From Eledone cirrhosa (taxonomy: Eukaryota): a stretch of DNA of 64,000 nucleotides. The stretch covers positions 57,722,001-57,786,000 of the forward strand of contig OZ024743.1 in assembly GCA_964016885.1 (NCBI GenBank), written 5' to 3'. Positions 29,501 to 44,273 of this stretch are shown in pieces. A program made the translations under genes and the position numbers. How positions within the stretch are numbered: the stretch's first letter is position 1; each line of letters opens with the position of its first letter. The notes beneath the pieces were generated by a model that searched no databases, was not told where the DNA came from, and worked only from the letters and a program-made list of their open reading frames with translations.

Positions 29501-31815
29501 AGGATTACATTACCATTCTCTCAAAAGACGAAACTGAGAAACAATTTGTTTTCCAGATCATTACCGAAAACCGTAAAAACCAACTGCTAATAAATCGAGA
29601 CGAGGAGAGCAAGCAGAGCAAAGAGAAAAGGAGAGCAAGGAGAGCCATGAGAAATGGAGAGCAAGAAGAGCAAGGAGAGCAATCAGAAATGGAGAGCAAG
29701 AAGAGCAATGAGAAAAGGGGAGTAAAGAGCAAGGATAAAAGGAGAGCAAGGAAAGCAATGCGAAAAGGAGAGCAAGGAGAACAATGGGAAATCGAGAGCA
29801 AGAAGAGCAATAAGAAAAGGATAGTAAGGAGAGCAAGGATGAAAGGAGAGTAAGGATAAAAGGAGAGCAAGGAGAGCAATGAGAAAGGAGAGCGAGAAGA
29901 GCAATCAGAAGATGAGAGCAAGGAGAGCAAAGATAAAGGGAGAGCAAGGAGAGCAATGAGAAAAGAAGAGCGGGGGTAAAAGGAGAGCAAGGAGAGCAAT
30001 AAGAGAGGGAGAGCCAGGAGAGCAATGAGAAAAGGAGAGCAAGGGGACAATGATAAATGGAGAGCAAGGAGAGCAATTAGAAAAGCAGAGTGAGGAACAA
30101 GGATAAAAAGAGAGCAAGGAGAGCAATGAGAAAAGGAGAGCAAGGAGAACAATAAGAAAAGGAGAGCAAGGGGAGCAAGGATAAAAGGAGAGCAAGGAGT
30201 GCAGGGGTAAAAGCAGAGCAAGGAGAACAATGGGAAATCGAGAGCAAAAAGAGCAATGAGAAAAGGAGAGCAAGGAGAGTAAGGATGAAAGGAGAGCAAG
30301 GATAAAAGGAGAGCAAGGAGAGGTTAAGGCAAATATTGCTCGAGTTATGCTGGAAGCAGACAAAAGTGAATAAATCAACTGAAGATGTACATTCTGCACC
30401 AAAATAACTTTTCCTTTACAAATATCAAGTTTTCGTCTTTTGTAACTCCTGGTACAAAAACTTTCTTTACGAGATTTTCTATCAGCACCGATTTCCTCAA
30501 TAAATACCTTTCAACATGGAAGGATGATCCTGGTTACAAAAGTTGAATTGAAAAGCTGGAGAAGACAGTTGTTGTGAATGATGTTACAGAAAGAGGTGTC
30601 AAACTCCTTCAGGATTACATTAACATTCTCTCAAAAGATGAAACTGAGAAACAATTTGTTTTCCAGATCATTACCGAAAACCGTAAAAACCAACTGCTAA
30701 TAAATCGAGACGAGGAGAGCAAGGAGAGCAAAGAGAAAAGGAGAGCAAGGAGCGCCATGAGAAATGGAGAGCAAGGAGAGCAAGGAGAGCAATCAGAAAT
30801 GGAGAGCAAGAAGAGCAATGAGAAAAGGAGAGTAAAGAGCAAGGATAAAAGGAGAGCAACGAAAGCAATGCGAAAAGGAGAGCAAGGAGAACAATGGGAA
30901 ATCGAGAGCAAGAAGAGCAATGAGAAAAGGATAGTAATGAGAGCAAGGATGAAAGGAGAGTATGGATAAAAGGTGAGCAAGGAGAGCAATGAGAAAGGAG
31001 AGCGAGAAGAGCAATCAGAAGATGAGAGCAAGGAGAGCAAAAATAAAGGGAGAGCAAGGAGAGCAATGAGAAAAAAAGACAGGGGTAAAAGGAGAGCAAG
31101 GAGAGCAATAAGAAAGGGAGAGCAAGGAGAGCAATGAGAAAAGGAGAGCAAGGAGAGCAATGAGAAAAGGAGAGCAAGGAGAGCAATTAGAAAAGCAGAG
31201 TGAGGAACAAGGATAAAAAGAGAGCAAGGAGAGCAATGAGAAAAGGAGAGCAAGGAGAACAATAAGAAAAGGAGAGCAAGGGGAGCAAGGATAAAAGGAG
31301 AGCAAGGAGTTCAGGGGTAAAAGCAGAGCAAGGAGAACAATGGGAAATCGAGAGCAAAAAGAGCAATGAGAAAAGGAGAGCAAGGAGAGTAAGGATGAAA
31401 GGAGAGCAAGGATAAAAGGAGAGCAAGGAGAGGTTAAGGCAAATATTGCTCGAGTTATGCTGGAAGCAGACAAAAGTGAATAAATCAACTGAAGATGTAC
31501 ATTCTGCACCAAAATAACTTTTCCTTTACAAATATCAAGTTTTCGTCTTTTGTAACTCCTGGTACAAAAACTTTCTTTACGAGATTTTCTATCAGCACCG
31601 ATTTCCTCAATAAATACCTTTCAACATGGAAGGATGATCCTGGTTACAAAAGTTGAATTGAAAAGCTGGAGAAGACAGTTGTTGTGAATGATGTTACAGA
31701 AAGAGGTGTCAAACTCCTTCAGGATTACATTAACATTCTCTCAAAAGATGAAACTGAGAAACAATTTGTTTTCCAGATCATTACTGAAAACCGTAAAAAT
31801 CCAACTGCTAATAAA
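26590..31815 (+). repeat. ~1.1-1.2-kb satellite (about 5 units, A-B-A-B-B; 2289-bp dimer period) of GGAGAGCAA minisatellite plus a DNA-transposase fragment
   Basis: Identical ORF pairs 2289 bp apart (26960/29249, 28285/30574). Non-repetitive blocks at ~26941, 28030, 29230, 30320 and 31430 encode VVNDVTERGVKLLQDY...DETEKQFVFQII, a hAT-like C-terminal motif. Confidence 0.88.
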
Positions 31816-31829
31816 TCCCTTCTTAAGTA

Positions 31830-32182
31830 AAAATAATTGTTTCTACTTTTGGCACAAGGCCAGCAAATACCCAGTGCATTACTGGTACTTTATTTTATCG
31901 ACCCCGTGAGGATGAAAGGCAAAGTTGACCTCGTCGGGATTTGACCTCAGAATGGCAAGGGCCGTAACTATGCGTCAAAGCATGGCGTTGCAAAAATAAT
32001 TGTTTCTACTTTTGGCACAAGGCCAGCAATTACCCAGTGCATTACTGGTACTTTATTTTATCGACCCCGTAAGGATGAAACGCAAAGTTAACCTTGGCGG
32101 GATTTGAACTCAGATCATAAAGGGGCGTAACTCTGTGCTGCAAAGCATAGCGTCCGACCCTCTACCGATACTGCCAATCCCA
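31830..32182 (-). mobile_element. Two tandem S1 SINE copies
   Basis: Match 7775-8160. Confidence 0.8.
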
Positions 32183-32199
32183 CGCAATGGCGTTGCAAA

Positions 32200-33935
32200 A
32201 ATACGTGAAACTAAGTCGAATGTTCGATTAGTCCAAATGGACATTACGAACTACTACGCATCTATATCCACAATCATCCTTAACAAGGCACTGATCTCAG
32301 CTATGAACAGATCAAGCCTCACTAGAAAGGAAGTGGACATAATAAAAACAGCTAGGAAAACTTTACTAGAATTCGACGGAAGATTGTGGGAACGACAGAA
32401 TAGACCAGATAGCTTCGACATCACCATGGGATCGACTGACTCCGCACAGGTTACATATATAGTAGGCATATACCTCCAAAATATATTAACAGACGAGATC
32501 TCCTCCTTGGGCGGTGGCTTATACCGTGACGATGTTCTACTATTGACCCGTGGACTCAATAATAGCCAATTAGATAGACTACACAAACGACTTGGGTACA
32601 TCTTTAGGACTCTTAGGTACATCTTTAGCAGTAGCAATTGAACCTAACAATAGGACAGTAAACTTTTTAGATGTCACCCTAGAATTAGACTCAGGCCTCT
32701 ACCGTCCATTCCAAAAACCTAATGAAAATCTTAAATACGTCAACAGACACTCCAACCACCCTAGGAGTATAATTAACTCAATAGTTAAAAGCGTCTCCAA
32801 TAGAGTGTCCACCCTGTCGGCTAATGGAAACATCTTCAAACAGCATGCGGAATACTACAACTCCGCACTCGTAAACGCTGGTTACACTGAGAAGATTTCT
32901 TACATCAACCCAAATAGAACCGTAACGCCGCTAAACATAACCGGACCCTTAGAAACGAACATAGAAGAAATCTCCACACCTAGGACAAACAATAACCTAA
33001 ACCCTCCGTAGCCGGCATGGCAGCCAGCGCCACACACAACTGTCTAGGAGATAAAGCCATACTCTCCAACTCCAATAACGACTCCGACTATCGTACACGT
33101 TTGCGTAGCAATAGAGACAAAAGACATAACGCCAATAGATTACTTGGAACCACTATGACACATACGCCTGACCAAAACACACACAAACTACCACCCAACC
33201 ACAAAAACCCCACTAAACACCGCAGAAACCGAAGTAGACCTGTCACATGGTATAACGTCCCGTATTCTATACACGTCGCCACTAACATACCGGGAACCTT
33301 CTTCAGGGCTCTAGAACAATCTTTTCCACGCACACATAAATACCACAAGCTCTTCAATAGACACACCGTAAAATTCTCTTTCTCCACAGCACCAAATCTA
33401 GGCCACACAATAGCACACACTAATAGGGCAAAAATATGAAAACACATGGTTGCCTCACAACAAACCACCACCACAACCCAGAACGAAACCACACAGACAA
33501 CACAACACAACAACCTACACACCAGACCCACACCGCATGACACCAACCACCAACGTGCCACCACACCGGTTACACCCAACTGCAACTGCAAAAAACGGGC
33601 CGAATGCCCACTAAACGGGGAGTGCCTCGTTAAAAATATTGTTTACCGGTGTGATGTCACAGCCGGCAATAAGGAGTACTCATATATAGGTGCGACATCC
33701 ACTACGTTTAAGGAGCGCTGGTATAACCACAGAAGCTCCTTTAAACATAGACTGAAACGACCCCAAACCAGACTGGCCGATTTGATCTGGGACCTCAAGG
33801 ACAGGAATATTGAACCCCAGATCTCGTGGTCAGTGAAAAGACACGTGGCATAACTCCCCAGTGACAGAAACCACTGCAGATTATGCCTGGCTGAGGCGGC
33901 GGAAATAATTAAATTAAAATCCGCCATAAACTATA
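32200..33935 (+). pseudogene. Penelope-like element PLE-4, RT and GIY-YIG with stops and frameshifts
   Basis: QMDITNYYASI, FDITMGSTDSAQV, GLYRDDVL, VNFLDVTL, SNHP, CNCKKRAECPL, NIVYRC...YIGATSTTFKERWYNH. Confidence 0.9.
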
Positions 33936-34159
33936 AATTCAGTAGAAGTTGTTTTGGTAAAAGCAGGAGTAAGTAGAAGGCTCTCTACATTCATAGTGTG
34001 TAGTTACGATGGAGATCCAACCGGGCACACGAGAAGAAAGATACCGTTCCCATAACAACAACAAATGAATACATTACATCATGTATTACATAAAGGAACC
34101 ATTGAAATAATGATAATGAATAAACGATTTATGTAATATCAGCATTTTTCTTAATGTTA

Positions 34160-34201
<42 letters not shown>

Positions 34202-34392
34202 ATATATATGTCTCTGTGTGTGTGTGTGTGTGTTGAGCTAGCTGTTCCGTTGATCGAATAAGTGGAATTCTCGTCATTGAAACTGATGAAGATCCATATG
34301 ACTTTAAGTGTTTTAATGTTCTCTTTTATATAACTGTTTAATGCTAAAATATTAAAAATATTATTAAGAAAGTCTACAACTTATATATACAA

Positions 34393-34585
34393 AAATAATT
34401 GTTTCTACTTTAGGCACAAGGCCAGCAATTACTCAGTGCATTACTGGTACTTTATTTTATCGACCCCGTAAGGATGAAAGGCAAAGTCAACCTCGGCGGG
34501 ATTTGAACTCAGATCGTAAAGGCACGTAACTATGTTAGAAAGCATGGCGCCCGACACTCTACCGATACTGCCAATCCAACGCCCT
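34393..34585 (-). mobile_element. S1 SINE copy
   Basis: Matches 6060-6262. More degenerate copies lie at ~36000-36150 (-) and 62860-63060 (+). Confidence 0.8.
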
Positions 34586-34807
34586 ATATATACAAACATA
34601 ATGTGGTGTATGTATGTATACCTTCATGTGTGTATGTGTATATATGTATGCGCCTTTGTGTATGTATGTTTGTATTTATAGTGTGTGTATATATTATTCT
34701 ATTTGTTCAACCATACGTATAGCCATACATCTTACCCTATAAAATTAAAATCTCTTTTTTGCAATACAGAGAGTAATAGTTAAATATATATATATATATA
34801 CACACAC

Positions 34808-34933
<126 letters not shown>

Positions 34934-36553
34934 TATTATATATATATAGAGAGAGAGAGAAAGTAGGAGAGACATTACAGACATCTACTATGGGTATTAT
35001 TATTATTATAGATCTATTTTGGGATAAATGTATTCATTGCACCCTGGAGTAAAACAACCTGAAGACATTCTCGAAATCGTAAATTCACAATATTCAATAT
35101 TACATAAAAATTCGACAAATCGATTGAAACATTTCCATGTGTGTATTTGTAAGCTGAGAAACTCCTCAAGTATATTTTGAACTTAGTAGAGGGATACTGA
35201 CTTAGATATAGTGTAATGTCCAGTCTGCCTATTATTGAATGTGTGAAAATGATAATGAAAATATCTTTACAGTACTGGTGAATAAATAACTGCTTTTATA
35301 TTCCTTATGCAGTTAAATATCGAAGCAGAAACCGTACAAATGTCTGTTAAGTTCCCAAATAATAGTAATTATTACACATATAATTACCATGTCTGTATGT
35401 AATGTTTTCATCGCAACAATGAGTGTCTTGGGAGTAAACGTAAATGCGTATGTGAAAATAATAATAGAAGTAGAGTGTGTGAGGGAGTAAGTGGAAATTC
35501 TGAATACAATATTCAACACCATCGTCAATGGAGTTCAATACCGCTGTTGCACTGCACACTCAGAAGAACAATTTATATCAGATATAAAATTTAACAAATA
35601 TAGATTATTATGTAGAAATTCAATACATTTCAACACTTTGTATGTTTTCTTTTTTTTAATGGTTATTTACATAAAAAATAAGTGGAAATGTGTCAGGTAA
35701 AATACTGCGGCATATAATCCGATGATCCATGACTGCCAGGTCTTTCAAGCATACATCAATAAGACTTCTTTTCAAATACATGAAACCACTGATATCTACG
35801 GCGTCGTGAACGCATATAATCTTATAGAAATGTATGTATGCACTCCTTGGGAAGTCGTATGGAGGATATGTCGACATACAGTGTTTCATTGAGCATTCTA
35901 AAACCTGGTGGAGTCCATCTCCTTTCCAGGTCTGAACACATCCTATTCCCTCTAGAAAAGGACAGAGTGAGAAAAAGGAAGTGACAAAGGGATGTAGAGG
36001 AAGAATACACCACAGTACTAGACTAGTACTTTTTGTCGACCTTGAAAGAATGAAAGGCAAAGTTGAGCTCAGCGGGATTTGAACTCAGAGTGCAGGAAGC
36101 CGGACCGTTCTATCCAACGTTCAAACGACACTACAAATTCACCATCTAGAGACAGCATATACCCAATTCTGATCTCGACTCAATGACACAAAGACGGCGA
36201 ATTAACACATTTAAGGGAGATGGTTTTTGTGCTTGTTCCTACTCATTGCGCTCTAAGTTCAAATCCAGCTCGGCTCAAATTAGCTTTAAATAATTTGAAG
36301 GTCAATAAGTAAATTATCAGTCCAGTACTGGTCTTGGTACGTGCTTCTCTGTCCACCCCTCTCTCTCTCTCTCTCTGTAAATATTTTTCTGAAGACGTGT
36401 GAAAAATATTTAAGTATTGCATATGATTCAACAATATATATTGTAGTCAGCATATGTAGACTATTATCATAGGCACAGAAACATATGTTAAAGCCAATAA
36501 ATTCTTACACTTCCTTCTCGACGAAGTCTATATTTTTCTTTTTGCAATACTTG

Positions 36554-36600
<47 letters not shown>

Positions 36601-36988
36601 ATTAATACAATAACAGAGATAGTTTAAAGCTAATCTCTGACTGGTAACCATCTCACTCAACAAACATTAGGTTATATTTTAATATAAACCCAATTTAAGT
36701 GTTTGGGGTGCTAACAATATGTATTATGTGGAAAAGCCAGTTCTATTATTTTACGAGATATAATTAAAGTTAAAATATATCTCTCTTTCCAAACAATTGT
36801 TTCATTATAAGTTTTCTACAAATTCGGAGAATATTTCCAGTTTATGTAGAAGCCTAATATACATTCATGTAAGAATATATTTAGGTGGGCGCTTGTGTGT
36901 GTGTTGTGTGTGTGTCTGATGGTAGCTAAGATGCTTCCATAGGCAGTATACCGGTTGAGCACTCTATGCTCTTACAGAGCAGAGTATG

Positions 36989-37179
36989 ATAGAATAGAAA
37001 ACGAAAAATCTGTGATGCATCTGAACTCAATTTATTGTGTTACAAATGTTTCCCCGGCGGACAGCTCGAGACGCGATCATTGTGTGGATCTGTCTGATTC
37101 TGGACCCGCAGGGGAAACATTTGTAACACACAATAAATTGTGTTCAGATACATCACTGATTTTTCGTTTTCTATTCTAT
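36989..37179. mobile_element. Fold-back element with HHR 3'-half-like motif in each arm
   Basis: Arms 36989-37055 and 37111-37179 are inverted repeats containing GAAA catttg TA acac. The right arm ends in (TA)n. Confidence 0.65.
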
Positions 37180-37903
37180 ATATATATAATATAGAAATGT
37201 CTTCTACAGGACTAGAACTGTTTCATTCGAAGGAAATATATATATATATATATATTTCTTTCATTTTCTGGAAGAAATCAGCAGTATTCCGACATGGAGT
37301 AGGAGGGAGTGCCTCCAGGTTTAAAATAGGTGAGGACAACGCCTCTACGACTCCATCAAGAGTTATGAGCCCTTTACCTTACATACTGACAAGTTTGTAT
37401 ATTTTGTTGTGGTGAAGAATTTATCATAGTCATAATTTTGACTCATTGGAGAAAGGAAATGGAAATGTTAATAGATTTCATTAATACATTTTTAGCTTCA
37501 GCATTGCAGTAATTATAGATAAATGTCACTTTAGGGACTATTAAGGGCTCCATAACAACTTGTTCATTAAATACTTTAACATGTTTTAACAGAGGGAAAT
37601 CTATCAAATTTGCAAATTATTTGACAGACATCATAAGCAAACATTTTAAGAGTTCTCAAGAGAGATGAGCTAAAGTTGCTTAAAAAATCATATTCACACA
37701 ACTATGCACACACATACACAATTATACACACAATGCATATACATATATCTATCTCTCTCTCTTTCTCTTCTTCCGTCTCACTTTCTCTCTCTAGTCAATG
37801 ATAACCAGAAAACAAAAATAAGTCAAAGGGGGTGCAAATTGAGAGCATATACACACACACACACGCACACACACACACACACACACACATATGTATATAT
37901 AAG

Positions 37904-37941
<38 letters not shown>

Positions 37942-38214
37942 GTGTATATATGAGTGTGTGTGTGTATAAGATAGATCAGATGATTTGATAATACAAGTGT
38001 ATAAGGCAGACAGATATTCAAAGCTCGAATGCGAGATTTTATTATCCACGTTTTTGGAACTATTCGTGTTTGGAAACATTTGACATGCGGTTGGTAAAAA
38101 AACATTTGATTCTGATGAATTCTATGCTGAGGAATAGAATGCGTTCTCCTTCTGCATTTGAACGAAACATGTGTAAATCAAATGTATTAAACCTTGGTTA
38201 TTTATCTCTTGATT

Positions 38215-38609
<395 letters not shown>

Positions 38610-39650
38610 GTAATATATAAAGTCTTATATATCAACATTATTTAATTATTAAAAAAAACATTATTTCCAATATGATATATAATTATGTATAATGTATAAT
38701 TATATATTGCGGTGATCCGCAAGTATTTATGGTTTGTTTATATATATAAAAATGCCATTAAACATCATCGAAGACCAATATTCTGAATGACGGATATTTA
38801 TTGAAAACGAATAATCAAAATCTAAAATAAACAACATTAATCGAAGACGAAATATAAAATATTGATCTGTTACCCATTATAGTTTATATAGAAGTAACAG
38901 CAACAACCCACCTTTCACTAAGTTACAAAGATGGACAAATATTTCATATGACAACTATTTGTTCTAGTTTATTCAGTCGTGAAAGCCTGTGGTTTAGAGA
39001 GTAATGTGTTTGGTACACGATTGCAAAGTCATGATTTCGGTCCTAGGACTCAGCGGTGCATTGTGGCTTGGAAGAAATTACTATTTTACACTGTTCCAGT
39101 ACACTAAGCTGCAAAGCAAGGAGCTGTACCTGAGACACCTATCTATTTAATTTTGGACTGCTATTGGGATCTATGCTTTGATCTTATCCGAAGTTAGATA
39201 TTAGATATATTTGTAAATATAGATAAACAGATAATCATAGATTGCAGCAGACACACAGACATGTAGAGAATCGGATAGAAAGATATCTTGTTAGACAGAT
39301 ATACAGATATGTGCGTTAGATAGATGTATAGATATATAAGTAGGTAGGTATGAATAGATAGATGAATAGATAAATTGGTTGGTAGGTTGGCTGGTAGGTA
39401 GATTGATAGATAGCTTGATAATGACATACAAAGAAAAACAGATGGATAAACAGGGATAGAGATTGATATAGTGTCAATAGCCGGGTAGATAGGTAGACAA
39501 ATATGTAGCTAGGCAGGTATATAGATAGATATATAGAATGATAGATAGACATATTTATACATATATATATATATATATATATATATGTCCCAAGGATTTA
39601 AAACCATCAACACCATAAACACAGAGCTGGCATATCTAAGAACTGACTAA

Positions 39651-39704
39651 CTGCCTGATGAGGTCATAGCTATTCAATAGCTATCATCGAAATATATATA
39701 GCAG
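39651..39704 (+). ncRNA. Type I hammerhead ribozyme (family H5) in a ~160-bp insert between (TA)n tracts
   Basis: ctgc CTGATGA ggtc-atagcta-ttcaa-tagctat-catc GAAA tatata TA gcag. Confidence 0.75.
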
Positions 39705-40246
39705 CAAATAAAGGATTATGAGTTCATGCAATTGACTTATGTTTCGTCACTATATATATATATATATACTACAGTAACTGTACGTTACAATCTCTAAACT
39801 ATATATATACTAGATGTTGTATTTATTGTCCGAAGACAGAGAGATACATCGGAAGGTAGTAATAGATAGTTGCCCATTTGAATATCAATACTGTTGTGAC
39901 AGATAGGTAGGGAGGAACATATCAAATTACCATATCCCAAGCAAATCTAGCACATCATTTTTGATATATGACACATGAGTTTTATCAAAAATATATATAC
40001 TACAATAAGCATAAGCATATATAACTAAGACCGGAATTTGCGTTAACGTAACCAGATATAAACCAATCCATGATAACCACGAACTGAAGCAGATGCAAAG
40101 CATAACCCTACCGTCAACTGCATTCACTACACATTTATCACACACCTCATGAATTGAATTCAAACACTTCGTTCAAGATCCTACCTGAGACCTCCAATTA
40201 GTAGTATTTCTATATTACACTACAGGAAATATATATATATATAAAG

Positions 40247-40293
<47 letters not shown>

Positions 40294-40358
40294 CATAAAA
40301 CATGTCTATAGAATCACAAGATAAAATATATACTATTTCCTCTCCCAATTAGCATAAT

Positions 40359-40443
<85 letters not shown>

Positions 40444-40454
40444 TTATTAAAATA

Positions 40455-40530
40455 ACAGATTAAAGTTTAAGCAAAGAATCGGTGCTTTCACCCTTAACGG
40501 GATCTTCTGAAACTAACAAAATCAATCTGT
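40455..40530 (-). ncRNA. Degenerate hammerhead ribozyme (U4 to A)
   Basis: Sense strand: agttt CAGAAGA t-ccc-gttaa-ggg-t GAAA gca-ccgattctt-tgc TT aaact, with distal helix acagatt/aatctgt. Confidence 0.6.
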
Positions 40531-40612
40531 GAACGCAGAAGTGAATATTTGATATATATTTATCCTTATCGAGCCCTCTTTGGATATTAGTCTTCAAATT
40601 TATTATTATTAC

Positions 40613-40651
<39 letters not shown>

Positions 40652-40655
40652 ATGT

Positions 40656-40703
<48 letters not shown>

Positions 40704-40707
40704 ATGT

Positions 40708-40763
<56 letters not shown>

Positions 40764-40774
40764 ACATACACACA

Positions 40775-40811
<37 letters not shown>

Positions 40812-40819
<8 letters not shown>

Positions 40820-41260
40820 CGTATACATACATACTTACATTTAATTATCACTAAGAGTGAGAAATGAAATTTCGTTTCATTCTTTTCCGTTTATCGTTTT
40901 CGGTGTGCCCTGCCGACTAACTCACTCGATAGGCAAATTAAGCTGCTCAGCCGTTAATATGCACAAGAAAAGTATATACTTTCAGACGTTCAAGCATCTG
41001 GCAAGAAGGTATACGGTGCTGACGATAGCTAATAAGCTTGAAACTAGTACATCGTTCCTGTGTCAGTGTTGAACAAATGGGCGACGATGGTTGCCTAAAC
41101 ACTGTATGGTGTAATCCGGGCTGTTTGTTTGTTTACAAACGAACAAACCTAGCATTATAATAAATGTTCGGTAAACTCATACGAACATATATATATATGT
41201 GTGCACGTATGTATATATATACATACTGCTGTACGTCTGTATTCATATATGTATGTACAT

Positions 41261-41275
<15 letters not shown>
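40812..41275 (+). mobile_element. Terminally redundant H1 monomer with HHR at 41014-41054
   Basis: Starts and ends with gtatgtac(g/a)tatacatacatac. Motif cggtg CTGACGA tagctaataagctt GAAA ctag TA catcg. Confidence 0.85.
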
Positions 41276-41323
<48 letters not shown>

Positions 41324-41328
<5 letters not shown>

Positions 41329-41682
41329 AAAAAAAGATGAAATCGAAAATGCAAGTGGAGTCTTATTTAAAAAAATATATATATATTTATTTGGTTCCTT
41401 TACCGGTTTCGCAGTTCTTCTGCTTTTCAAAAGTAGAGTTGAGATGGAGGGTCTGTGGTTTTTCTCACATCTGATGTGAGAAAAACCACAGACCCTCCAT
41501 CTCAACTCTACTTTTGAAAAGCAGAAGAACTGCGAAACCGGTAAAGGAACCAAATAAATATATATATATTTTTTTAAATAAGACTCCACTTGCATTTTCG
41601 ATTTCATCTTTTTTTCTTTATACTTTCACTCGTGTAGGACACCTCGGTTATTTTTCATTTTGTAAAAAAACCTAACTTACTA
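41324..41682. mobile_element. Palindromic element (family H6) with a U3-A8 HHR in each arm plus ~60-nt tail
   Basis: Inverted repeat 41324-41620 centred at 41472. Motif ctt TTGAAAA gcag-aagaa-ctgc GAAA ccgg TA aag at 41511-41546. Confidence 0.8.
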
Positions 41683-42624
41683 ATATATATATATATTTGT
41701 ATGTATGTATGTATGTATGTATGTATGTATGTATGTATGTATGTATGTATGTATGTATGTATGTGTGTGTGCGTCTGTGTATGTATGTGTCACAACATTT
41801 GTATTGCATTGTATAAATCAGCAGGAATTGGTATTATCGTTATTGTCTATGTATATTTTTATTTTATATTTTATGTTTCAAAATGTCACCTAAAACAGTC
41901 ATTTTAAAAAGGGTTTGAGACAGAAGAGAAAGAAGGAGTTTAAATATGTTCCTTCATTATAGAAACTGTTTTAGTTTGCAATCTAACGACAGATCTTACT
42001 CTCTATGGCATTCCTCCATTATGGAACTATGCCACAGTTTTATATCTATCTTCGGAAAATGTATTCAAAACAAAAGAATGAAAACAAAGTTGCCATTATG
42101 CCACTGCATTTAATATCCTTGCGTTATTTCTCCAGAGAACATTGCAAACAAACGCTGCCACCCACTTATAAAAGAAATTAAAATAAAATCATGCAAACCT
42201 ATTTAATTTTATGGATCATTACAGAAATGTATCGAAGAGAAAAGAAATGGAAAAAATACTTAGAATGAAGAAAAAAGCATTTGCTCTTTGTAAAATCCGT
42301 ACACAAAAAAAAAAACAAGGAAAAATTATCCCGAGAACAATGGAAATATTAGAGGCCTGATAAAATAGATGTGATATGATAGTTCTGCGGAGTTTAATAT
42401 AATGATTCTTCGAGCGAGAGCTTCAAATAAGACAGCACTTAGCAGATCAGTGAATGTATAAAATAAAAATGAATGTATAAAATAAAAAAATGTAATGTAT
42501 ATAATAAAAAAAAACAATAAATTTTTGTCTTTTTGACAAAGTTTTTCCCGTTTTTCTTTCATCTGTGTGCATATTTGCATACATAAACACATACATACAT
42601 ATGTATATATATATTTATATATCA

Positions 42625-42718
<94 letters not shown>

Positions 42719-43387
42719 TATGCGATGTAATGCACTGAAAATAGAATTTAAGCAGTTGTATAAAACAAAGACGGCCATGTTTTCTTTCAGCTATAAAATT
42801 AATTTTGAATCAGATATTCGTCAACCATGCACCTTAATTTACCTAATCCATGTAAATATTTGCGTATGACATAGGCTTTTATTACCTTTTACATATTCTG
42901 AAAGAGCATTAGGACACACTTACACATGCCTAAGAAATTGCATAGTAATTGCGTTTATTTAAAAGTTTTTAAACCTGTATTTTACAGTGTAAAAAATTGT
43001 TGATTTAAAAAAAAAGATTGGGAACATTTGAAGTTTGTGAATTGTACATGCCAACGCAAATATCATAGTAATAGACAATTAATGTTCTAAATAGAGGGAA
43101 TGTTGTTGTCAGTTCTTCTTTAGCTTAGTAGTTAAACCCCCCCCCCCCTGAGATCCAAGAGATGCAACGTTCGATTTTTCGCAGGCCCACATTCCCATTT
43201 TCATCTCCAGGGATACTCAACTATCTTTTATAGTGATCATCTATTACTATTATGGTCAGTGGGGTGCACATATTTTAACATTCTAATTTTCCAAAAGCAA
43301 TGCTTTTTAAGTCAACCGTTGTTTAGACAAGCTTTCGTGTAAACATACCCACCATATCTATATATACATACATATACATACATAGAT

Positions 43388-43417
<30 letters not shown>

Positions 43418-43418
<1 letters not shown>

Positions 43419-43612
43419 ACAAAGGAATTGTGGTAAGGAACCAGATGGAACATAACGCACCAGAGTACGCAATACTTAGGGTAGTAGAGTGGGAAATAGG
43501 AAAAAAGTATGACCCCGACGGCAGAGCTCAAGCCGTTTCGACGGCTATTTCTGGACTCAGAAATAGCCGTCGAAACAGCTTGAGCTCTGCCGTCGGGGTC
43601 ATACTTTTTTCT
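43418..43612. mobile_element. H4 fold-back copy
   Basis: Same arms and centre as 15396-15670. The right arm is shorter and ends in (TA)n. Confidence 0.75.
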
Positions 43613-44198
43613 ATATATATATAGCCCCTCTGACACGTATTTCTTTGTGGTTATTTAGATGGTATACATATCCTCCCACGTGAAGCTCAAAAGTTTCGGA
43701 AATCGATTCAAGCTATTTATTACTTTTCTATTTGAAATGGACATGTATGGAATTTAATATATTTACATGTGTCGGTTATCTCTGTTCTATATATGCAATC
43801 GTTAATATACATGTGTACATACACACTCACACACCCACCAACACTCACACACATACATGCACCCATACATACACGCGCACACGCACACACACACATATAT
43901 ATGTATATATTAGATATTAGTTTAACCAATAATAAAGGTAGACCACATTGAATATATATATATATATATATTTATATATACACATACATATATATATATG
44001 GTGGCTGCCAACTCGTTTTTGAGTACGGCCACTACTTTATATCCATGTAGGAAAACCCCTATCGATGTGCTGAGCGAGTGTGACTTTTTAGTCCAGCCAG
44101 CGACTTGAAAACTCTGGTACAAACACTACACTTGCGACAATTATTGACACATAGTGCTGGGCCCATGGTACCATTTTACGACAAGTGCAGAGAGATCT

Positions 44199-44273
<75 letters not shown>

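Noticed and set aside
26559-31512. Leu/Ser-rich membrane-like ORFs
   Set aside because: Antisense translations of the GGAGAGCAA minisatellite.
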